Part shown: in pieces, positions 34,584-43,796 of the stretch
Layout: every line of letters begins with the position of its first letter
Position numbering within the stretch: the stretch's first letter is position 1
IMG/VR virus record: IMGVR_UViG_3300027222_000006
Location: 1 to 45,506 of that record
DNA length: 45,506 nucleotides
From: a virus
Taxonomy: Duplodnaviria; Caudoviricetes
Direction: 5' to 3' (one strand)
Made by a program: the position numbers and the translations under genes
Notes under the pieces: generated by a model
Seen by the model: only the letters and a program-made list of their open reading frames with translations
Databases searched by the model: none
What the model was told of the DNA's origin: nothing

Positions 34584-35695
34584 TATTCGGTATCGTAGTT
34601 GTTAATACTCTTTTCGTATATCTTTTTTAGTTCGCTTTTTATATTTTGTTTCATATCAGTATCGACTGACATTCCCTCAACATACGAATCAAAAAGATGC
34701 AGGATATTATAGCTTTTAAATTCACCCTCGATTTCTCCCATATCATGTAGGTCTTTATCGATAATATCCTGCTCTTGATAGATATTTGGTTCAATTTTAC
34801 GGGCTACTCTCTGTACTCTATTGATTAAGGCACTTAAGGACGCGTTTGTGGCTATTTTACTCGGAATGAATAGGTCTACGAAGTTATTCTCAATCTCTCG
34901 CTTAAAGTCGCCCAATGGCGTATTATAAAGCATTGCCAGATTATACTTAACAAACTTAGGTGAAACCGTATTCTTAAAGAATGTTTCTTCCATAGTTGTA
35001 AGGTCAACCAAATCAAATCCTTTTGTATTGCCTGAATCAGATCGTGTCAATTCATATGGGGTGCCAACCATTCTAAGTTGACCTTTACGTTGACGGTAGT
35101 GGATGTGACCAGAGTATACAGCATCGTAGCGGTCAAATGTATTAGCATCTGAACCGTGCATATTTTTAACTTTGGCATTAAGCGCAATACCTCTAACTTC
35201 TGAATGGCAGAACACGATGTTTGTTGATGGGAATTCAGAAAGTGTTTCAGCTTCGTGTTGCGGATCACGGCGCCATGGCATCATAAGAATATTCTTATCG
35301 TGCCATTGCATTAATTCAGGTTCTTTGTAAATCTGAACATTCGGAATCCATTTGAGTGAATCAATTGATGTAATCTCATTTGACTTCTTTGCCCAAATAT
35401 CATGGTTGCCACAGATAATGTGGACTGGTAGAATTTCACCCAGGCGCTCAAATAAGTCTACGGCGTAACTTAAGACTTTTAGATTGATTGATTGACGATT
35501 ATCAAAAGCGTCGCCAACCTGAACCAATACATCACCATCTTGGACATGCTCCTTAAGAGTTGGTATGAATTGGTTTTCATAAAAATCTTGTTGTATTTCA
35601 AGCCATTCATTTGAGTTCGAGCGAATACCTAAGTGCATATCACCAAGAACCCAGACACGCTTAACCGGCTTGTCCTTTATTTCTTGTGAAATCAT
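34583..35695 (-). CDS. Recombination endonuclease nuclease subunit (gp47/SbcD/Mre11-like)
   Basis: GDMHLG, GDAFDNR, GNHD and SGHIH metallophosphoesterase motifs. Confidence 0.95.
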   Translation of the reverse strand: MISQEIKDKPVKRVWVLGDMHLGIRSNSNEWLEIQQDFYENQFIPTLKEHVQDGDVLVQVGDAFDNRQSINLKVLSYAVDLFERLGEILPVHIICGNHDIWAKKSNEITSIDSLKWIPNVQIYKEPELMQWHDKNILMMPWRRDPQHEAETLSEFPSTNIVFCHSEVRGIALNAKVKNMHGSDANTFDRYDAVYSGHIHYRQRKGQLRMVGTPYELTRSDSGNTKGFDLVDLTTMEETFFKNTVSPKFVKYNLAMLYNTPLGDFKREIENNFVDLFIPSKIATNASLSALINRVQRVARKIEPNIYQEQDIIDKDLHDMGEIEGEFKSYNILHLFDSYVEGMSVDTDMKQNIKSELKKIYEKSINNYDTE

Positions 35696-36141
35696 TAGAA
35701 CAATCTATTAATGTTTCTACTTTTTAGTACACCTGTTTTCTTATCTAATTCCTCAATTAAACTTTCCTTAAATGAGTTTGAAAGTGAACTGTAAAATTTG
35801 CTTGGATTAATATTAAAATAATCCGATAATTCACTAAAAATATCTATACAACTATATTTGTTAGAAATCTCACAGTAAATGAATTCATAAACCTCATTGA
35901 TATCGCTCTTTTTCAACTTTGTTGTATCTGCAAAATCATCTAGTTTATTAAATACATTAAATCTGCTTTTTTCAATCAGTTCATGAATATTCTTTTGAAG
36001 TGCAGCTTGTTCAATCTTATCTTCTTCAGGACGATCATCAGAATATTGTGGGCTAACAGTAAATGTTAAATTACCATTTAATTCAAACTCAGTGCTTTCA
36101 AAAGAGTTATCAAAAATCTTATCTGTTCTTGTACGTGCCAT
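35695..36141 (-). CDS. Hypothetical protein (148 aa)
   Basis: ORF coupled between helicase and gp47. Confidence 0.8.
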   Translation of the reverse strand: MARTRTDKIFDNSFESTEFELNGNLTFTVSPQYSDDRPEEDKIEQAALQKNIHELIEKSRFNVFNKLDDFADTTKLKKSDINEVYEFIYCEISNKYSCIDIFSELSDYFNINPSKFYSSLSNSFKESLIEELDKKTGVLKSRNINRLF

Positions 36142-36142
36142 A

Positions 36143-37456
36143 TTATAAAGCGTGTATATTTGATCCCGTAATATCGTCGGTCTCTGTTAGGCGCATATAA
36201 TTATAATTAATCTGTAGACGGCATTTCATACCCTTTCCTTCACCGTCACGAATCTTAAGAATCTTTAGCCAGTATTCATGGTTGGCATGCATCAATTCAT
36301 CCTGAATAATACCAAGCATAACGTCGGCCGTGTGTGATAGACCCGCAGATTCTGCAATGTCTGTTAGTGAAATATCTGAAGCATTATAACCAGATCGTGT
36401 GATCTGAGTTGCCGTAATAATCAACCAGTTGTTACGAACACCCATAGCGCGTAGGTCTTCAGCAATCTGTTTGATTTTCATATATGTGTTTTCTGTGTTT
36501 TGATTACGATGGTTTGCAAGGATGTTAATATAGTCAATAACAACAACATCCATTTTAATGCGGCGCTCCTCTTCAATTTGTTGTAAATAAGCTTCAATAT
36601 CCAGAACTGTTGCCTGTGATGTTGGGAATTGCTTAACAAATAGATTTCCGGGAGGTGTCAAACCATTACCAACAGCTTCAAGCTTACGCTTGATTAGGTC
36701 TTTGTTCCTTGCCTTCTCTTGGTATTCATTGATTGGAATTGTCAATAGGTTTGAACCAAGACGCTTTACAAATTTATGTGCTGCCATCTCTGCAGTGATT
36801 ACCGCAGTATTGTGTCCCATCTTAACTGCAGTTGCAGCATCGTTTGCTAAGAAGATTGATTTACCAATATTCTGCTCACCGGCATATACAACAAGGTTAC
36901 CACCCTTATCATAACCACCACCAAGTGCGTGGTCAATGAAATTGTAACCTGAACTTACTTTTTCAGTTTCATGCTGATCGTGTGCATCAGCATTAAAAAA
37001 GTCAAGACCTAAATCAGTATTAAATGTAAGTGAGTTTCTATCATTAATAAGCATTTTAACCTTACCAATAATTGCCTCAACATTCTCTGGACTAACTTCT
37101 GTTGATTTAATAAATTCAACAGTATCAATAAGTGAGATATCAAATGTTCTCCACTTAATCCATGATTCTGCAGTATTTGTCAACCACTCTTCATCATATT
37201 CATTAAGATTAACGTCAAATATCATGTCGATAATATTTGATTCAATCTTGTTTGCAGACTTTGAGCGTTGTGCTAAAAGTTTAGTCTGTTCTTTAGATGG
37301 TGTTTCGTGGTACTTTTCATAAAACTTAAAAGCAAGACGCGATAGAATATCAATTTCGTCGGACGTATAAAAGCCCGTCTTGATTGATTCTAGATATTTT
37401 GGTTTCTTAAGTGAAAGTCTAAAGAAAATCTTTTCAAAATCTTGCGTGAATTGCAT
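36143..37456 (-). CDS. Replicative DnaB-like helicase (gp41-like)
   Basis: GEQNIGKS, ITAEM, VIDYIN, TATQITRSG, AESAGL...AD and KIRDG motifs. Confidence 0.93.
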   Translation of the reverse strand: MQFTQDFEKIFFRLSLKKPKYLESIKTGFYTSDEIDILSRLAFKFYEKYHETPSKEQTKLLAQRSKSANKIESNIIDMIFDVNLNEYDEEWLTNTAESWIKWRTFDISLIDTVEFIKSTEVSPENVEAIIGKVKMLINDRNSLTFNTDLGLDFFNADAHDQHETEKVSSGYNFIDHALGGGYDKGGNLVVYAGEQNIGKSIFLANDAATAVKMGHNTAVITAEMAAHKFVKRLGSNLLTIPINEYQEKARNKDLIKRKLEAVGNGLTPPGNLFVKQFPTSQATVLDIEAYLQQIEEERRIKMDVVVIDYINILANHRNQNTENTYMKIKQIAEDLRAMGVRNNWLIITATQITRSGYNASDISLTDIAESAGLSHTADVMLGIIQDELMHANHEYWLKILKIRDGEGKGMKCRLQINYNYMRLTETDDITGSNIHAL

Positions 37457-37518
37457 ATTTTATTTTTTAATAATACTTATACCCTTAATTGGTTATAAGT
37501 TTCGGATGATACATTTAA

Positions 37519-38094
37519 TTATTCGATTGAAAACGAACCAACCGTTTGTGCGTATGGAATATTAGTCCATAGATTTACAGCAATAGCTTTACGCGTTCCC
37601 GAAGTAACCGGTGCTACTTCATGTACAACAGTACCTGCATCAAAAATAATCATTCTGTTTGGAAGTGCTTTAATAACTTCTGGTGCTTTATCTGCACCCT
37701 CAGTATAAATTAAAAGCTCACCACCTTCAAATGTTTCATCTACAATTGGATAGTACACAGTTCCTATAACTGGACTTACGATCTCACCTGTCTTATCAAA
37801 CCAAGCTTCGTCTTTGTCAAAATGTCTAACTAAATGGTTTTTATGACCACTTTCAACCACTGCAGTCTGAATGCCAGTCCAATATTCAACACCCGAGATT
37901 TTGTAACCATGATACAATGGTGAATTATATCTCCACATCTGTTCAATAAGTACTTTCTTAGTCGTATCAGCTGGTGAATTCCACCAACCATCCCACCAAT
38001 AGTATACACCTGGGTCTGCGAAGAACTTCTTGTCTTCTTTAATGCTTCTAATAAGATTCTCATCTTTTAGAAAGTTGTCAATTACTACAATCAT
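37519..38094 (-). CDS. 2OG-Fe(II) oxygenase (prolyl-4-hydroxylase-like)
   Basis: IDNFL, HxD (HFD), GGEL, NRMIIFD and HEV.PV..G.R motifs. Confidence 0.9.
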   Translation of the reverse strand: MIVVIDNFLKDENLIRSIKEDKKFFADPGVYYWWDGWWNSPADTTKKVLIEQMWRYNSPLYHGYKISGVEYWTGIQTAVVESGHKNHLVRHFDKDEAWFDKTGEIVSPVIGTVYYPIVDETFEGGELLIYTEGADKAPEVIKALPNRMIIFDAGTVVHEVAPVTSGTRKAIAVNLWTNIPYAQTVGSFSIE

Positions 38095-38396
38095 TCGAAT
38101 GGATTTATTATAATTTTATATGATTCTTTACCAGGCGTGGTGTTTGTTTGAAGCACGTAACCCATTTGTGTAAGCTTGCTAATTGATTCGTCAATAATAT
38201 TTGGATCACTGTCCTTGAACCAATACGTAATACAGTGATGTCTTGTAAATGTGCCTTTATACCTATGTGGATTTCTTACAGATAGGTCAATTGCATAATA
38301 TAAGATATCGAGTGGATCTGGATAACCATCCAGACCTCGCTCAATACCTAAAATATATTTGATTGGAATGCGATCTTCATTAATCGTTAAAATCAT
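38091..38396 (-). CDS. Hypothetical protein (~101 aa)
   Basis: ORF overlapping the uvsX stop; start uncertain (38396 or 38414). Confidence 0.7.
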   Translation of the reverse strand: MILTINEDRIPIKYILGIERGLDGYPDPLDILYYAIDLSVRNPHRYKGTFTRHHCITYWFKDSDPNIIDESISKLTQMGYVLQTNTTPGKESYKIIINPFE

Positions 38397-39507
38397 AATC
38401 GCTGTCGTCTTCAATTATAGAATCATAATCAACACCCATAGATGTATTGTAATTGAATAGCGGTTTAACTTTCTCTTCAATTTTTTGTAAGATCTCTTTT
38501 GTAAATACCTTATCTGTAAAGAATTCATTATTAGGTACCGTTTCATCGAGGTGTTTGCAAATCCAATTACGTGCAGTTTTCTTAGGAATCTTTTCGCCCT
38601 TTTCAATAATACCACGTGTAATACCGATGCTTTCCCAGTCAATATAGTTTTCAAGACCAACGTATCGGTTCATACCTTCCGTATAGTGTAGATGGAACTT
38701 GATCGGATTTGGTTTTGCAAATCTGTTTTTATTTGGTTTAGCCGTAACAATGATACCTGCTTTATCGCCAGCAGAATCTTTCAACTGTGCCTTATTTAAG
38801 AATAAGACAATTGATGCAGCATATTCTGGACCTGTACCACCACCTGCAACTTGACGTGAAATAAAGTCTTGTGTTTGGTATGTGTGGTTTGTAAATAGGA
38901 ATGGAATCTTCAAGTCAGCCATTGGCGTCATAATGATACGGAAGATTGACTTCAAGATTTTTGAACGTGTCATATCTGATTTCTCAGAACCTGAACGTGC
39001 GTCTTCAATTTCTTTGGCAGTTGCAAGGTTACCCGCAGAATCAAGGATAATCATAATCTTAGGTACTTCACCACCAGCACGCTTTACTTCTTGCATTTTA
39101 CCCGTGATTGTTGTAATAGAAGTACGGAAGTCTTGTACTGTGTTTACTGGTTGGTAATTAACCTTAGATACATCGATACCAAACTTCATCATCAAGTCTT
39201 TATCAACCGCTGCTTCTGAATCATAAAATACAACATTGTATCCCATTCGAATTGCTTCACGGACCGAGTTAAGAATCAAGAAAGTCTTACCAGTACCAGA
39301 CGGTCCGGCGATTGAACATGAACGGTTGTTTGGCCATCCGCCAAATAGTGAACCTGAAACACATGCATTTAAATGATAATTGCCGGTGTCAATCCACTCG
39401 GTAACATCTGAAAATGTTGATTGTTCCATCACTGAACCCAATGGATTGATATTACTCAATTCAGCATTAAGGTCTTCAAATGTAAAAGATTTATTAGATT
39501 TCGCCAT
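38380..39507 (-). CDS. uvsX: UvsX/RecA-like recombinase
   Basis: IDTG.Y.LN...SGS..GG, GPSGTGKT, YDSE, LDSAGNL, TNHTY and GGG.G..YAAS motifs; start revised to MAKSNK. Confidence 0.93.
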   Translation of the reverse strand: MAKSNKSFTFEDLNAELSNINPLGSVMEQSTFSDVTEWIDTGNYHLNACVSGSLFGGWPNNRSCSIAGPSGTGKTFLILNSVREAIRMGYNVVFYDSEAAVDKDLMMKFGIDVSKVNYQPVNTVQDFRTSITTITGKMQEVKRAGGEVPKIMIILDSAGNLATAKEIEDARSGSEKSDMTRSKILKSIFRIIMTPMADLKIPFLFTNHTYQTQDFISRQVAGGGTGPEYAASIVLFLNKAQLKDSAGDKAGIIVTAKPNKNRFAKPNPIKFHLHYTEGMNRYVGLENYIDWESIGITRGIIEKGEKIPKKTARNWICKHLDETVPNNEFFTDKVFTKEILQKIEEKVKPLFNYNTSMGVDYDSIIEDDSDYDFND

Positions 39508-39688
39508 CTTTTTCTGTTTGTCTATATTGTTCTTTTTTACGCAATTCTTCAAGCTCTCTTAGCAGTTTTGCCGTAGCTTCTTCAAGCGTATTCATGTCAT
39601 TTTGTAAACGATTAATCTCACCATAGATAAAGTGGTATCGCTCTACATAATACTTTTCTGCCGGGGTTAGATTCTCGTTATTATCCAT
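39494..39688 (-). CDS. Small coiled-coil protein (64 aa)
   Basis: Start revised to MDNNEN, just after the stop of the 39690-39824 ORF. Confidence 0.6.
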   Translation of the reverse strand: MDNNENLTPAEKYYVERYHFIYGEINRLQNDMNTLEEATAKLLRELEELRKKEQYRQTEKDGEI

Positions 39689-39689
39689 A

Positions 39690-39824
39690 TCAGTAAGCTG
39701 GACTATTTTGTTGAATGTATTCCCAAACCAATTTACGAACTTCATTACCAAATGTCATATCGTTTGGATTTTCTGAATGAAGTTTCAAAAGCTTTTGCAT
39801 AAGCTCATTTTCTTGTTTATTCAT
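39690..39824 (-). CDS. Small protein (44 aa; not in ORF track)
   Basis: MNKQENELMQKLLKLHSENPNDMTFGNEVRKLVWEYIQQNSPAY fills the gap after a middle-like promoter at 39849-39876. Confidence 0.65.
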   Translation of the reverse strand: MNKQENELMQKLLKLHSENPNDMTFGNEVRKLVWEYIQQNSPAY

Positions 39825-39873
39825 AGCGTTATAAATTTGCATTATTAATTATACGAGTTAATCTTGGCTTTGT

Positions 39874-41091
39874 TTAAAAAAGCGCGGTGGAGTAAATAAG
39901 GTTCCTATCAATGTTGTGTAGACCAACAGCAGTTAACACCCTATTCATTGGATCGATAATACATTTTTCAAATTGTGTCTCATAGTCAACTGGTGGTGCA
40001 ATCTCATATGGATGATCACCTGGAAGATACGCAAACATATCTGATAAGTTATTTGGATCAATTGAATGATAAATCTTTAGCTTTTCGCCATTGCCAATCA
40101 TTCTGTATTTTGATTTATACTTCGTGTTATTATTGAGTAAGAAGTTATAATAACCCGCCGCTTTAACGTTTGGTGGACATTTCAATCCAAACTGGAATTC
40201 AATGTGGTCGTCAACAATGTATTTCTCAAGGTTGTTTGTACGACGGTTAAATGAAATATCATCCAGCTTAGCTAACTTAAACTCTTTCTTTGCATTCTTC
40301 AAAAACTTAACTAGTTTTTCTAATGTTTCAGCAGTTGGACCAGTTGGCTCCGTAAAGATAATCTTGAGTGCCTCGGCCAATTTCTTACGAGCAAATGTTG
40401 GGGTTGACGACTGGATAGTGTCAAATCCGATGGTCTTTACTCGGCTTAGAGGTTTGTGTCGCTGTGTCTTTGGAAGCTTATCATCCCATGCAATGTCTTG
40501 AATGTATTTCTTTTTAGACATCCAGATACCACCGTATGCAACTGTTTCAAGTTCAAATACAAGGAAGTTATCGGTGTTATTAGAATCTGCATATTTTTGC
40601 ATTGCTTTTGTAATGTAATCATTCAAACGGGATTCATACAATGCTAAAATAAATGTATCAATAGATGGTGCATTTTCTGGATCTTTCCAAACAATAGTAT
40701 TGTACAATTCATCAAACTGTACATAACAAGAATCTGTATCAATATAGATTACCGCGGGTTGGTGGCATTGTCCCTTAATTGATTGCACACCGAGTTGTTC
40801 ATGGATTTGACGGTCTTTATGCCAGAAATCTTGAACATATTTGTTCAAGATTTGCTCTGAATATAAAATAGCGTTCTGACTTTGGAGGGTAATAGATTCG
40901 GCAATATCAATGTTAAAGAAGTGAAACCACTTATTACCAAATGCACCATAGATTGAGTTGAGGGTTACCTTTACGGCTTGCTCATAAGCAGTGTACTTGG
41001 CAGACATTGTTTCATAATGTTCCGCCAAGCGCTGCAGATCTTCTTTACTTAGTGAATCAATTGGAGCTTCTTGTAATTGCTCTATTGTCAT
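39874..41091 (-). CDS. Family B DNA polymerase, C-terminal subunit (gp43B-like)
   Basis: Motif B KVTLNSIYGAFG, motif C YIDTDS and KKKY are present; exonuclease motifs and motif A are absent. Confidence 0.93.
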   Translation of the reverse strand: MTIEQLQEAPIDSLSKEDLQRLAEHYETMSAKYTAYEQAVKVTLNSIYGAFGNKWFHFFNIDIAESITLQSQNAILYSEQILNKYVQDFWHKDRQIHEQLGVQSIKGQCHQPAVIYIDTDSCYVQFDELYNTIVWKDPENAPSIDTFILALYESRLNDYITKAMQKYADSNNTDNFLVFELETVAYGGIWMSKKKYIQDIAWDDKLPKTQRHKPLSRVKTIGFDTIQSSTPTFARKKLAEALKIIFTEPTGPTAETLEKLVKFLKNAKKEFKLAKLDDISFNRRTNNLEKYIVDDHIEFQFGLKCPPNVKAAGYYNFLLNNNTKYKSKYRMIGNGEKLKIYHSIDPNNLSDMFAYLPGDHPYEIAPPVDYETQFEKCIIDPMNRVLTAVGLHNIDRNLIYSTALF

Positions 41092-41840
41092 TATTCAGCT
41101 GTTTGACAGGTTGCAATTGTGAGGAAGGTGTTAGAGTCATTTGACTTCATAACAACTTTATTGCCTGAAACATAAACACAGTATTCTTCGCGATCAAGTA
41201 GGTTCAAGTACTTCTTGTAAAGAGTTGCCTCTGAAGCAGAACCGTTAAAGCTTTGATTCGCCTGGTAATTATAAGTCTTACCTTTTACGCGGACTTCACT
41301 GTTAGATGCAGTGATTGAGAATGTTTCTTCTTTGTCAAGAGAGAATAGTGATTTGATTTTGCCAAGTGTATATGTGTCAAGTACAAAATCAAAGTCTGAA
41401 CCTTCACGGTCAAAGATAGTTTGCAACTGTGCGTCAGTTAGGTCTTTGAAACCAAGTGATGGGTCTGAACACGCCAATGTGATTTCGAGTTCATTATTGA
41501 ATAGACGCATTGAAGAGCACACAAAGTCTTCTTCATTTTCTTGGAATTCCATAACGGCTTGTACCTGGTCTGCATTAAACATTTTCAATGCATCAAGAAC
41601 TTTGTTTGCATCAAAGAACGCAACTTTCAATTCTTTACCTTCTGGGAGTGCCTGAGAAATAGAGAAGATGTCTTTAATCTCTACTGTGTGCAATTTGACA
41701 GCATCACGTTGTGGTAGATAAACTGCAGAGGTAACTGCACCCGTGCGAAGTTTGAAATACAAAAACGTGTCAATAGCTTTTAGGCGGTTGATAAAATCAA
41801 CAAAGCTATTTTGGTCAATGCGATTAATTTCTAATTTCAT
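41091..41840 (-). CDS. Probable sliding clamp (gp45-like)
   Basis: 249 aa with an alpha/beta two-domain pattern, adjacent to the polymerase; a clamp loader is present in the window. Confidence 0.55.
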   Translation of the reverse strand: MKLEINRIDQNSFVDFINRLKAIDTFLYFKLRTGAVTSAVYLPQRDAVKLHTVEIKDIFSISQALPEGKELKVAFFDANKVLDALKMFNADQVQAVMEFQENEEDFVCSSMRLFNNELEITLACSDPSLGFKDLTDAQLQTIFDREGSDFDFVLDTYTLGKIKSLFSLDKEETFSITASNSEVRVKGKTYNYQANQSFNGSASEATLYKKYLNLLDREEYCVYVSGNKVVMKSNDSNTFLTIATCQTAE

Positions 41841-41891
41841 GTGGTATTTTTTTAAGTATAGTTATTGTATGTAAATAAATGTAAATGTTTC

Positions 41892-41980
41892 AAAAAAAGC
41901 GAAGCCGGGAAGTAGCGAACCCCCGGCCTCTTCCGTTAACTATAACGGTCCTAAGGGTGGCCATCACAGCCACACCCTCT
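41892..41980 (-). ncRNA. Three-hairpin 3' element of nrdA with segments antisense to 23S rRNA H69-H71, ending in a terminator
   Basis: + strand 41937-41956 TAACTATAACGGTCCTAAGG and 41912-41919 GTAGCGAA equal 23S rRNA about 1911-1930 and 1930-1937 (E. coli numbering). G-U pairs and the U-tract place the RNA on the minus strand. Confidence 0.7.
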
Positions 41981-43786
41981 TTATCCGTCGCAGCTTAAGC
42001 AATCTGGATCTGTTGCTCTCGTTGCAATATCACCTCTCAGTACAGATTCTGTTCGCATATAGTAAAGTGTTTTTACACCTTGCTTGTACGCTTCCAAGTG
42101 TACTTGGTTGATGAATTTCGGAGTTGCTTCTGTTGGGAATGCCAAATTCAATGAAACTGACTGGTCAATGTATTGTTGTCTAATACCAGCTTGACGAACA
42201 AGTTCCATTTGATTTAGTTCCTTGAATGTTAAAAATACATTCTTGATTGGCGTCCACTCATCCTTTTGAATGTCTGTTAGTTTAGCCCATTCTTTAGCAT
42301 CAATATAAACACCCTTAGTTGAATACTTACCGTACCATTTATCAAGTGCTTCTATATCCTGGACTGAACCACCGTCAATAAGGATTTGATCCCAAATTTC
42401 TTTTGTATTAATACCTGCATGCGTCAAGAAATCTTCAAGAGTTGGATTCTTACGGATGAAAGTACCTTTAGCTGTTTGCTCAGTGAATACGTTAGCAGCC
42501 CATGGTTCAATACCCGGTGAAACGTTACCAGATAGTTTTGAGTTTGATACCGTTGGTGCAATAGCACGTAGGTGTGTATTTCTCATACCTGTCCCAACAC
42601 ACCAAAGTGGTTCACCAAATTCAGTGGCCATGTCTCTCGAGGCGCGTTCTGATTCAACTTTGATTTGTGAGAAAATCTTGCGAGTTTCAAACTGAGCACC
42701 CATTGAATCAAATGGAATATTACGTTCTTGTAAGTATGTATGCCATCCTAAAACACCAAGACCAAGCGCTCTACCTTTTTCAGCTGAGCGGACAGAGTTC
42801 TCAAACCCACGCATATATTTTGCACGAGTGATGAATTCTTCTAGCACACCGTCTAGGAACCAAGTTGCAGTATAAACAAGATCGGTATCTTTCCACTCGT
42901 CATACTTTGCAAGGTTGATTGAAGACAAGCAACAAACAAATGAGTGATTCTCATCAGTGTGAAGTGTAATCTCAGAACAAATATTAGTCATGTAAACTTT
43001 AAGACCATTGTTCTTGTATGCATCCGGATTTGCGCGGTTGATATTACCCTTGAACATAATGTATGGTTCGCCAGTCGCTCTACGCTTACGAAGAACCGCA
43101 GCCCAACGCTTACGTGCTTCTTTATCACCAGCTTCAAGCTTTTGCATAAAACCATCTGATACAACAATTGATTGGTGCATATTCAAGGATTGGCGGTTCA
43201 CATCACCCTTAGGTTCACGAATCTCAAGCCATTCCCAGAAGTCACCGTGTTCAATATCAATATTAACAGCTGCTGCACCTCTACGTACAGAACCCTGGTT
43301 TGTTGCAAGGATTGATGAATCGTAGATTTTGATAAATGGTACAACACCGTCTGATGTACCATTCTGTGTAATCTTAGAACCCGCTGGTCTAATTTGATTT
43401 ACACCAATACCCACACCACCGCCGTGTTTAGCAAGTAGCATCATCTCAAGATTCTTTGTACCAATCTCATGGATTGAATCACCAACGTCAATACCAAAAC
43501 AAGAAATAGGTAAACCACGTTCAGTACCTGTATTTGAGAATACTGGAGTTGCAAGATTTAACCAACCTCTCCAAATATAATCATAAAACTTGCTAGCTAA
43601 TTCTGGTCTACCAAGTCTTTTGGCTACTGTTGTTGCGACGCGCCAATAAGCGTCTTTTGGTGTTTCATCTTTAAGTAAATATCCTTTAGATACTGTCTTA
43701 ACGTAGATTTCGGTATTACCCCAAATAGGGAAATCAACACCTAGTTCCCAGCCAAGCTCAGCACCGTAATTATGTATATCTGTCAT
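41981..43786 (-). CDS. nrdA: Class I ribonucleotide reductase alpha subunit, short form without ATP cone
   Basis: PISCF, GGGVG, RRGA, TNICSEI, CCLSS, AIAPT.S.S, DQSVSLN, KTLYY and C-terminal CLSCDG; start revised to MTDIHN. Confidence 0.97.
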   Translation of the reverse strand: MTDIHNYGAELGWELGVDFPIWGNTEIYVKTVSKGYLLKDETPKDAYWRVATTVAKRLGRPELASKFYDYIWRGWLNLATPVFSNTGTERGLPISCFGIDVGDSIHEIGTKNLEMMLLAKHGGGVGIGVNQIRPAGSKITQNGTSDGVVPFIKIYDSSILATNQGSVRRGAAAVNIDIEHGDFWEWLEIREPKGDVNRQSLNMHQSIVVSDGFMQKLEAGDKEARKRWAAVLRKRRATGEPYIMFKGNINRANPDAYKNNGLKVYMTNICSEITLHTDENHSFVCCLSSINLAKYDEWKDTDLVYTATWFLDGVLEEFITRAKYMRGFENSVRSAEKGRALGLGVLGWHTYLQERNIPFDSMGAQFETRKIFSQIKVESERASRDMATEFGEPLWCVGTGMRNTHLRAIAPTVSNSKLSGNVSPGIEPWAANVFTEQTAKGTFIRKNPTLEDFLTHAGINTKEIWDQILIDGGSVQDIEALDKWYGKYSTKGVYIDAKEWAKLTDIQKDEWTPIKNVFLTFKELNQMELVRQAGIRQQYIDQSVSLNLAFPTEATPKFINQVHLEAYKQGVKTLYYMRTESVLRGDIATRATDPDCLSCDG

Positions 43787-43796
43787 AGTCTTTATA

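Noticed and set aside
41933-41956. I-CeuI site from a cloning vector, or a captured rRNA gene fragment
   Set aside because: The site is not contiguous. GTAGCGAA is displaced to the other side and sits exactly in a hairpin loop with strand-specific G-U pairs, and no other vector or rRNA sequence flanks it. A DNA-level homing-endonuclease decoy cannot be fully excluded.
118-43325. Numerous plus-strand ORFs of 60-133 aa (e.g. 495-734, 6941-7333, 25509-25883, 27779-28180, 33007-33399)
   Set aside because: They are antisense shadows of well-supported minus-strand genes with no independent motifs.
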